From an uncultured bacterium (GTDB lineage Bacteria; Desulfobacterota_D; UBA1144; Nemesobacterales; UBA2774), in contig CAVPJU010000006.1 of NCBI GenBank assembly GCA_963705505.1, forward strand, positions 160,001-224,000: a DNA stretch of 64,000 nucleotides, read 5' to 3'. Under the pieces are notes generated by a model. It saw only the letters and a list, made by a program, of their open reading frames with translations, was not told where the DNA came from and made no database searches. How positions within the stretch are numbered: position 1 is the first letter of the stretch; the number at the start of each line of letters is the position of its first letter. A program made the position numbers and the translations under genes. Below, one piece after another: positions 19,936-28,002 of this stretch.

Positions 19936-20592
19936 TCAGCGGCTCTTTTGAACGCCCGCCTTATCGCAGTAACTTTCGACGGGACAGAGGGTGCATTTCG
20001 GTGAAACGGGACGGCAAATGTGCTGCCCGAATGCGACGAGCAGGCTGTTGTATTCGATCCAATACCTCTTCGGGAGCTTATTTCGGAGCGCCATTTCGGT
20101 ATCATGCGGGTTTCTGGTTTTAATATATCCCAGTCTGTTCGAGATTCTGTGAACGTGCGTATCGACGCAGATCCCGTGTTTGCCATACCCCAAAGTCAAT
20201 ACGAGGTTCGCGGTCTTTCTGCCCACGCCCTTAAGCTGAAGCAGGTTTTCCAGATCATCCGGCACACGCGAGCCGTATTTGTCTATCAGGTCACGGCAGA
20301 TTCCCCGGATGTTTTTTGCCTTGGTCCTGTAAAACCCCACGGGGTATATCGCCTGAATGATCTCCTCCTCGCCGAGATTAAGCATATCTTCGGGGTTATC
20401 CGCAATGCTGAATAACCTTCCCGATGCCGCAGCGGTGGTTTCGTCTTTTGTCCTGAGACTCAAAACAGTGGAAATGAGCACCCTGAAGGGGTCGTGCGAA
20501 CTCTCCGCCTCAAGCGTAACCGCAGGCACATCCCACCCCGGGGACTCCCTTCTCAAAACACGTATGATTTTACTTATATCATCGGCGTTCAT
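19936..20592 (-). CDS. nth: Endonuclease III
   Basis: HhH LKGVGRKTANLV, ICVDTHVHR, C-x6-C-x2-C-x5-C FeS motif. ORF extends to 20622. Confidence 0.93.
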   Translation of the reverse strand: MNADDISKIIRVLRRESPGWDVPAVTLEAESSHDPFRVLISTVLSLRTKDETTAAASGRLFSIADNPEDMLNLGEEEIIQAIYPVGFYRTKAKNIRGICRDLIDKYGSRVPDDLENLLQLKGVGRKTANLVLTLGYGKHGICVDTHVHRISNRLGYIKTRNPHDTEMALRNKLPKRYWIEYNSLLVAFGQHICRPVSPKCTLCPVESYCDKAGVQKSR

Positions 20593-20759
20593 TTCGAGGA
20601 TTATCAAATCGATAATATACACAATAAGGTAAGAATTCCACGTTTGAAGGGTATAACATAGGGCACAGGCCCATGGAACCCGCCTGCACCAGGATTAATC
20701 GGTGTTTCCTATCGGGATATAAGCAGACTCCTCCGGCGTGAAAAGGAATCTACATGGGA

Positions 20760-21995
20760 TCAGTTATAAACGTCCATTAAACTTCTAAGGACAGGGGCGG
20801 ACTTCGACCTCCTTATACGGTCGAGCGCCTTCTTCTCGATCTGCCTTATCCGCTCTCTCGTCAAACGGAACTTCCTGCCTATCTCGTCCAGTGTATAAGG
20901 GCAGTCGTAACCGATACCGAACCTCATCTTCACGACTTCCCTCTCCCTTATGGAAAGCATCAAAAGGGCGTCGTTTATATTGTCGGGTATGGAGATTTCA
21001 GCTATCACGCTGTCCACTTCGAGAGAGTTCGAATCTTCTATGAAATCCATGTAAGTCGCTTTTTCGCCGCTCCATACGGGTGTGTCGAGCCTCACCACCT
21101 TGTTTATACTGGACTCGAGAATCCTTTTCACGTTCTCGACACTCATCTGCGCTTTTTCCGCAATCTCCTCCGCATACGGCTCCCTCTCATAGTCACTTGT
21201 CAGCAGCCTCCTTACATGCCTGACCTTGCCTGCCTTTTCAAGCAGGTATGCGGGCATCTTTACCGTCCTCGTCTGATTGAATATGCCCCTCGTCATTGCC
21301 TGGTTTATCCACCAGCATGCATAAGTCGAAAACCTGTAACCCTTGGTATGATCAAACCTCTCGACGGCTTTGATCAATCCGAGGTTACCTTCCTGAATCA
21401 AATCGAGAAAGGGAACGCCCCTCCCTACATATCTCTTCGCCATGCTCGCTACGAGCCTCAGGTTGGCTTTAATAAACCTGTTCCTCAATTGAAAACCTTT
21501 CGTAACATACGCCTCATAGAGATTCATCAGCAATGTGAGATCCCTTACGGTCTTCAAATGCCTTATCCCATTTTTAGAAGAGGGTTTCTCGCTGCTTGTC
21601 TCCAGGAAATTCTTAACTTCGGAATGAATCCTATCCACGTCATCCCCTAATCTTTTCCCGAGAATCTTTTCGATCTTTCTCCTTATATCCCTTGCTCTCT
21701 CCTCACAACACTTAATCTTTGCCGCAACATGCGCCTCTTCGTGCGGTGCCAGAAGCGCCTCCGTGCTCACTTCCTTGAAATAGGCGTTAACAAGCCTCAG
21801 ATCCTGACTAATTTCCTGTTCGTCAGCGGATGCCTCCGTTAAATTTTGACCGGAGTCCGCAACCGGCTGTGGTTCTTCATCAAAGTAAACTTCAACTTCT
21901 TCCAATTCATCCTGGTCGAAGCTTTCCACTATCGATTCCGCTTGATTAGCTTCGAAATCACTGAATACGTCAATAAATTCAGGCTTCTTCAACAT
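20760..21995 (-). CDS. Sigma-70 family RpoD/RpoS-like sigma factor (no region 1.1)
   Basis: ANLRLV, DLIQEGNLGLIKAVERFD..GYRFSTYA.WWI, TLDEIG....TRERIRQIE; RBS AAGGAGG before ATG 21995. Confidence 0.92.
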   Translation of the reverse strand: MLKKPEFIDVFSDFEANQAESIVESFDQDELEEVEVYFDEEPQPVADSGQNLTEASADEQEISQDLRLVNAYFKEVSTEALLAPHEEAHVAAKIKCCEERARDIRRKIEKILGKRLGDDVDRIHSEVKNFLETSSEKPSSKNGIRHLKTVRDLTLLMNLYEAYVTKGFQLRNRFIKANLRLVASMAKRYVGRGVPFLDLIQEGNLGLIKAVERFDHTKGYRFSTYACWWINQAMTRGIFNQTRTVKMPAYLLEKAGKVRHVRRLLTSDYEREPYAEEIAEKAQMSVENVKRILESSINKVVRLDTPVWSGEKATYMDFIEDSNSLEVDSVIAEISIPDNINDALLMLSIREREVVKMRFGIGYDCPYTLDEIGRKFRLTRERIRQIEKKALDRIRRSKSAPVLRSLMDVYN

Positions 21996-22359
21996 TACTA
22001 GCCTCCTTCTAATTATGATGTTCCTAATCAGCAGCTGGATGCGTCTGACTGAATTCGATCTTACTTCTATAAACCAGTACGAACGGCATTTGGTTTCAGA
22101 TTCAAAACATGAGCTATAACCGAGACAGATCATTGAAGAAAACGGCGTTTATATGGTCTTATATCGTCGAAAAGCCGGACTTTTTTGAGACTAATGCCCT
22201 CCGCCGCCCATATCTACTGATACGAAAGAGCCGTGAAAACCATTCGGAGAGGAACTAACCCGGGATGATAGGTACTATGTATTGAGTATTGAGAAGACGG
22301 GCTAATTGGAAATAATTGGTTAATTGCGAATGAAAAATCGGCAATCCCAATTTTCAATT

Positions 22360-23121
22360 TCACTGAATCGTGGAGTTGTCCAGGTTTCCCGAGGCAAAAC
22401 TCCTAATATCGTCCCACTTCTGCAAAAAAGCCTTAAGCGATTCGTTGGCTTGACGGAAATTTCCCTTATCTAATAAACCGAGGAACTTCCACGCCTCTTC
22501 CACGGAGCGCTCACGTTCCAGGCTGTAGGGATTGATAACGGAGCAAAGCTCGCCGTAGTTTAGAACGATGAATCCGCTGGGATCGAAACCTGAAAGCCAT
22601 GCTTTAAGATCGGCCAGCCCTTTCGATAAATTGTCCTCGATATAAATATAGGCGGAATTATCCAGGTCTCCGGGGCGTCCTTTTACGACATCAGCAAGTA
22701 TGCCCTCGGCTTCGCTTAATCTGTCGAGGGCCGTGTGTACTCTTGTATCGTAATGAAGGGCGTTAAACCCCCAGTGGGTATAGAGGGTTTGCCTATCTTC
22801 CTCGCTGAAAAGTAAAAACCATTCGACCGGGATGAAATTCTCGCAAAAAAACAAGTTCGCCTTAGACTGGAACGGAGCTACATAGTATTTACCATCTTCA
22901 TCCTTCGTAAAAAAGCAGTGCTCTATCTCTTCCGCAGCGATTCCAAGGTTATTGGACAGGGCGTTTACGAAAGATTCGTATTCATTTCCGAACCAGACAC
23001 CGAACGGAGAGGTCGGACCGCCCCAATATAGTTCATAAAATTGAACATACTCGGACCAGTAATAGCTTTTATCCGTCATACTGTTCAGAGGTTCATACAA
23101 AACCAGAGTACTCTTGGCCAT
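22360..23121 (-). CDS. Hypothetical protein
   Basis: 253-aa ORF with no overlapping competitor; family not recognised. Confidence 0.75.
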   Translation of the reverse strand: MAKSTLVLYEPLNSMTDKSYYWSEYVQFYELYWGGPTSPFGVWFGNEYESFVNALSNNLGIAAEEIEHCFFTKDEDGKYYVAPFQSKANLFFCENFIPVEWFLLFSEEDRQTLYTHWGFNALHYDTRVHTALDRLSEAEGILADVVKGRPGDLDNSAYIYIEDNLSKGLADLKAWLSGFDPSGFIVLNYGELCSVINPYSLERERSVEEAWKFLGLLDKGNFRQANESLKAFLQKWDDIRSFASGNLDNSTIQ

Positions 23122-23326
23122 CAGAAATTAATAAACCAAAACCCATCTAAAATCAACGAAGCATCAAAATATAAAACTATAAGTTAATACGTTATTTGTT
23201 GACGGATTACATAAAAGCTTTTTATCCCCGCATACGATAAGCCCCGGGGAAGGCACTGCGTATATGACCGAAAGTCCATCAAAAAACGGATTGACAAAGG
23301 GTTCATATCCTGCTTAATATGATGGT

Positions 23327-24043
23327 ATGGCAGAAATTTCACTGGAAGAAATGATAAGAGAGGCAAAAAAAAGGAAGATAGACCTCGGAACCGACCCGGA
23401 AAAAACAATTAAAATCTGCTCTAGACTCGGTCTCATACCCAAACCGAAGAGAAAGAAATTTACAGTGGGCGGGGAAACAAAGACACATCTTGTATTTCCC
23501 GATGCGACTCTGGAGAAGCTCGCGCACATTAAGGCTCTGAAATCGGAAGGACTTACACTCGAAGAGATCAGAGACAGTTTTGCGCTCGAATATGTCCAGG
23601 GCGCATTAAAGGACCTGATCAACAACGCCGACGACGAGAAGGTAAAAGAGCTCGCCAATATTATCAGCAGGGAGAAAGAGCTCGAATCGATCGTAGAGGC
23701 ACCGCTCGTCTATCTGATAGAAGGAATGTCCCCGGAAGAAGCTAAAAAACTGCTCACATTATTCTTCGGTGTCGGGTATTATGCCCTCCTCGAAGCCCAG
23801 AAGTCGATCGAGGAGTTCAAGTTCAACGATGCCAGGAAGTCCCTGTTTAAAGCGATCTTCTATAACTCTATCGCCATATTGAGACTCGCGAGGACTACAG
23901 GCGACACAAAGCTCGAAGAAACCGCTTTCGAGCTGTATGAAAAGACCGTGATCGAGCCCATCGGGAGGGCGAGCGAACGAGTCAGGAAAGAATTCATCAA
24001 TTCCTTCGAAAAATATCTAAAAGACAAAGGCTTAACGAACTAG
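23327..24043 (+). CDS. MerR-like HTH protein with unknown helical C-terminal domain
   Basis: TIK..SRLGLIPKP...FPDATLEKLAHIKALKSEGLTLEEIR resembles the MerR wing and dimer helix; TTGACA at 23291 upstream. Confidence 0.65.
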   Translation: MAEISLEEMIREAKKRKIDLGTDPEKTIKICSRLGLIPKPKRKKFTVGGETKTHLVFPDATLEKLAHIKALKSEGLTLEEIRDSFALEYVQGALKDLINNADDEKVKELANIISREKELESIVEAPLVYLIEGMSPEEAKKLLTLFFGVGYYALLEAQKSIEEFKFNDARKSLFKAIFYNSIAILRLARTTGDTKLEETAFELYEKTVIEPIGRASERVRKEFINSFEKYLKDKGLTN

Positions 24044-24075
24044 AAAGTTTTTGTCAGCTTAAAGGCATTATTAAT

Positions 24076-24330
24076 TTATCGGATCCTTTCCGAAATGTAA
24101 TCCGAAATACTCTCAATAGTCTCGAAAAAATCCGGGGTTATCTCGCTTTCGTCGAGCTTCACCCCGAACTCCTCTTCAAGCGCGACCAGAAATTCGAGCC
24201 TGGCAACGGAATCGATACCGACGCCGTACTCGATTAAAGGAAAATCGTCCGCTATCCCGCCGGGGTTCATTTCTTTGAGAACATTCTCGGCAAGGACTCT
24301 CCTTACCCTCTCTCTCGTATCCTCACTCAT
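24076..24330 (-). CDS. Acyl/peptidyl carrier protein
   Basis: GIDSV phosphopantetheine site, LEEEFGV, acidic 84 aa. Confidence 0.9.
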   Translation of the reverse strand: MSEDTRERVRRVLAENVLKEMNPGGIADDFPLIEYGVGIDSVARLEFLVALEEEFGVKLDESEITPDFFETIESISDYISERIR

Positions 24331-24351
24331 TGGCCCGTCCCAGATTTGTTA

Positions 24352-25830
24352 TCATTTTAATTGCTCCCTTAGTATTTTACCTGTAGGGCTTCTCGGAAGC
24401 TCATGGCGAAACTCAATAATCTGAGGAATCTTATATTCAGTAATCCTGTCCCTGCAATATTCCAACACCTCCCTTGCCTCGATAGGGCGTCCTGCAACGA
24501 TCACGGCTTTCACGCGCTCATTCCCTGATCTGTCTTTTATGCCCAGCACCGCGGCCTCGGTTATATCCGGATGCTGGGAGAGGAGATTTTCCACCTCAGT
24601 CGGGTCGACCTTAAATCCCCCTACATTGATAAGAAACTTCCTTCGCCCCGTGATGTATATGTACCCCTCTTCGTCTATCCTCCCCAAATCCCCCGTGAAG
24701 TAGTAGCCGTTTCTGAATACCCTCGCTGTTTCTTCCGGGAGTCCGTAATAACCCGTCGTCATGGACGGGCTTCTGACGGCGATCTCGCCAAGCTCCCCGG
24801 CGGCGGCTTCTTTGCCGTCCTCATCAAAAACTTTGACTATGACGTTTTTGACCGGCCTTCCGACAGAATTAAACCGTTCCCCGATTTCATCCTCATCGCA
24901 GAGGTTAATCGATATGACTCCGGTCTCGGTCGAGCCGTAAAGCTGTCTCGGGTAAATGGAGAATTTCTCATGGAACCTGTAAAAGGTGCGCTCCTCCAGA
25001 GGGGCGCCTGCGGAAATAACCAATTTGAGTGACGACAGATCTATCGGTGAGGCCAAGTACGTTTTCGACAGTACGTCGAGCATAACGGGGACCGATGGGA
25101 AGGCTGTTATGGACTCCTTCACGAGGATATCGAGGACCCTGTTCCTGTTAAAATCGCCTGAAACGACCACGGCAGCCCCTGCTTTCACCGCGCTTATAAA
25201 GTTCCCGAAGCCGTAGGTGTGAGAAATGGGAACCGTGAAGAGTACCCTGTCCTTATGTGTCCAGCCCACGGTTTCCGTATGGTTGTCTGCGAGGGCCGAG
25301 AGGTTATAGTGGGTCCTGGCCACCCTTTTAGGTTTTCCGGTCGAGCCTGTTGAATAGAGATATATAGCCTCATCTTCCGGTCTGACATTAGAGTCGAGGG
25401 GCTGCCCGGAGTATTCTCCGGGAAATTTCCAGGAGGCTTTGTCCCCCTTTATCGAGACGGCTTCTATCCCTCTGCCGGATGAGGCTTCCGCAGCCGTGTT
25501 TATCAAATCGTCCCCGGTCACAAGAAGTCTCGCGCCCGAATGCTCCAGATAAAAACCGACCTCGCCGGTCTTAAACGAGCTGTTGATAGGGACGGACACC
25601 GCCCCGGACAACGACACTCCGAAAACCGCCGTCACGAACTCGATAGAGTTGGGAAGGAATATCGCGACCCTGTCACCCTTCACAACTCCGCGGGAGGAAA
25701 GAAGGGACGCGAACGCCCGGGCACTCCGGACAAGGTCTTCATACGTGACGCTTATGCCGTCTTCGATAACGGCAGTGCGGGAGGAGAATTTCTCGGCCGC
25801 AGATAAAAAGAGTCCTGATAGCGTATTCAT
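24352..25830 (-). CDS. AMP-dependent synthetase/ligase (class I adenylate-forming enzyme)
   Basis: YSTGSTGKPK, SAGAPL, YGSTETG, TGDLG, LPRSPTGK; RBS overlaps the upstream gene's stop codon. Confidence 0.92.
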   Translation of the reverse strand: MNTLSGLFLSAAEKFSSRTAVIEDGISVTYEDLVRSARAFASLLSSRGVVKGDRVAIFLPNSIEFVTAVFGVSLSGAVSVPINSSFKTGEVGFYLEHSGARLLVTGDDLINTAAEASSGRGIEAVSIKGDKASWKFPGEYSGQPLDSNVRPEDEAIYLYSTGSTGKPKRVARTHYNLSALADNHTETVGWTHKDRVLFTVPISHTYGFGNFISAVKAGAAVVVSGDFNRNRVLDILVKESITAFPSVPVMLDVLSKTYLASPIDLSSLKLVISAGAPLEERTFYRFHEKFSIYPRQLYGSTETGVISINLCDEDEIGERFNSVGRPVKNVIVKVFDEDGKEAAAGELGEIAVRSPSMTTGYYGLPEETARVFRNGYYFTGDLGRIDEEGYIYITGRRKFLINVGGFKVDPTEVENLLSQHPDITEAAVLGIKDRSGNERVKAVIVAGRPIEAREVLEYCRDRITEYKIPQIIEFRHELPRSPTGKILREQLK

Positions 25831-25846
25831 GCCGGGCAAATTCTCC

Positions 25847-26890
25847 CTATGGATATATTCCCGAACCGCCGAGCGATTCCGTTTCCTCAAAACCGAACAT
25901 TATATTCATATTCTGCACAGCCTGCCCCGACGCCCCTTTGACGAGGTTGTCCAGAGCGACGACCGTAATCAATCTATCCGACAGCAAGGTGAAACCCAGT
26001 CCACAAACATTCGAATACCTTACGTCTTTAATGCCGGGGAATTCATCGGATGCGTATACCCTGACAAAGGGCTCGTTCCCATAATATTTCTTGTAGAGCG
26101 CGGAAATAAACTCAGAAGTACGCATTTCTTTAAGCCGGGAATAAATCGTCGTCAATATGCCACGGTTAACGGAAACCGTGTGGGGCATGAAGCTTATGCC
26201 GACATCCGTCCCGGAAAAAGGTGAAAGCACTTCTTCCATCTCCCGCCCCTGATTATTCGAGGCGTTTAAATTAATCCTCACGTTTTCATTCGATTCGGGA
26301 AAATGGTGCTCGAGGGTCGGAGCGCGTCCGCCTCCTGACTCGCCTCCCTTGGCATCGGCGACAATAGAGCCCGCGTCTATGAGCCTCTCCGATAGAAGCG
26401 GGTACAACCCCAGTATGACCCCTGTCGCATAGCATCCTGGGTTCGCAACCAGTCTTGAATTACTTATATCCCTTCTGAAGATCTCTGGAATGCCATACAC
26501 GGCATCACTAATGTAATTTTTATATCTATGACCGGTATTGAAAAGCTTTTCGTACACATCGGGATTTTTAAACCTGAAATCCGCGCTGAAATCTATGACC
26601 CGGACCCCGGCGTCGAGAAGCCTGGCCGTAAAATGCATCGAAGAGCCGTGAGGAAGGCAGGAAAAGGCCACATCCACCTTACCCAGGTCTTTCAGTCCCG
26701 ATACGCTTCTGCATTCCAGATCCGAAAATCCCCTTAGATGGGGGAAGACTTCGTATATTTTCCTTCCTGAGAACTTCTCAGAAGTAAGCCATTCTATGTT
26801 TACGCCGGGATGGTTGACCAACAGCCTGAGCAGCTCCGCCCCTGTATAACCTGTGGCTCCAAGAATCCCAGCTTTAATCTTTACGCCCAT
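25847..26890 (-). CDS. argC: N-acetyl-gamma-glutamyl-phosphate reductase family protein (divergent substrate motifs)
   Basis: GATGYTG, LPHG, IDFSADFR, ANPGCY (catalytic Cys), DNLVKGASGQAVQNMN; the H-x-H-x-P-E motif is absent. Confidence 0.8.
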   Translation of the reverse strand: MGVKIKAGILGATGYTGAELLRLLVNHPGVNIEWLTSEKFSGRKIYEVFPHLRGFSDLECRSVSGLKDLGKVDVAFSCLPHGSSMHFTARLLDAGVRVIDFSADFRFKNPDVYEKLFNTGHRYKNYISDAVYGIPEIFRRDISNSRLVANPGCYATGVILGLYPLLSERLIDAGSIVADAKGGESGGGRAPTLEHHFPESNENVRINLNASNNQGREMEEVLSPFSGTDVGISFMPHTVSVNRGILTTIYSRLKEMRTSEFISALYKKYYGNEPFVRVYASDEFPGIKDVRYSNVCGLGFTLLSDRLITVVALDNLVKGASGQAVQNMNIMFGFEETESLGGSGIYP

Positions 26891-27084
26891 GAGACCCGCT
26901 TATTTTTTACTCTATATCCGGCAAAGGAATATTGTAATGAAAAAATACACCTCAAAACAGCTATTATTTCGATTCGACAAACAAACTCTATGTAAAAATC
27001 CAATATTCTCAGTTAATATAGGATAAGCTGTATGTTTTTGCGGATGATTTTAACCATAAACCAACTACTATGGAGGATAGGATC

Positions 27085-27955
27085 ATGGTTAAATTACTGA
27101 ATAAAAATCTTTTCCTTTTGATATTGCTTACTTTTGGTTTCTTTCATGTCGTCCAGTATGTGGAGCTGCGGCGGTGGGGGCGGGGGAGGCGGAGACAACA
27201 AAACAAGGATCAACGGTACGGTTCAACAGGTAATCAGCGGGCCGGTTTCGGACATAAAGGTCACTATATTTGAGAACAACAACAAGCGCGCTTCAACCAA
27301 AACAAACCAATTCGGGGAGTTTTCTCTGGGGTTCAAGCCTAATGCCGATACTGTTGAGATCGAGTTCAAGGGCTCCAATTATACCCTCTCGAGGTTTATA
27401 TCCGTCACGCGCGACAGTGATGTCGAATTCGATGTCACGCTGCAAATCGATAGCAGCAATATCATAGTTAACACCTGGACAGTCTCCCAGAACCCCGTAC
27501 ACGTAAACAACGATGAATTAATTTTCAACGACCTCGAAGCCGATTTTAATATCGACGGCAACGGGAACGATTGTATCAGGGCGCAAGGGGACGGCCGGGT
27601 GGAAATCACCGCCATGAGTATATCTCTCAGTGACTGCAAAGAGGGTATAAACGCCGAAAACTCCGCGACTGTAATATTCGAGTCTGATGAAGACATAAGG
27701 ATAAGCGCAAAGAAAAACGGTATCAAATCAAACAACAACGCAGTCGTCAGGATTGCGCAGACCGTTACGCCCATCGATAACAATATCTTTATCGCATCCT
27801 TAAATGAAAACGGCATAAGGGCTGCGGGTTCATCAGAGGTCATAATAGATCCTGAGAACACCTGTACGATCAGCGGGGGGACAAGTAAACCCGCAATAAA
27901 CCAGAGCGGGGCGGCGACAGTCGACCCGGACGGATGTACCCTTAGTAACGGGTGA
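27085..27955 (+). pseudogene. Putative lipoprotein (poly-Gly linker, beta-helix-like repeats) with a +1 frameshift in its signal peptide
   Basis: RBS GGAGG plus ATG 27085 MVKLLNKNLFLLILLT; deleting one T of CTTTTGG (~27132) joins it to LVSFMSSSMWSC-GGGGGGGG. Repeats: DCIRA, EGINA, NGIKS, NGIRA. Confidence 0.7.
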
Positions 27956-28002
27956 AGTATTAATCAAGGGAATCAGTCGGGCGGGGGTAATTTGAATGGT
28001 GA

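Noticed and set aside
24076..24330. LysW/AmCP amino-group carrier protein for ArgC/LysY
   Set aside because: No zinc-ribbon Cys and no C-terminal EDWGE; it has a DS phosphopantetheine motif.
27168..27193. G-rich tract as G-quadruplex or contingency repeat
   Set aside because: Explained by mixed Gly codons of a poly-Gly linker.
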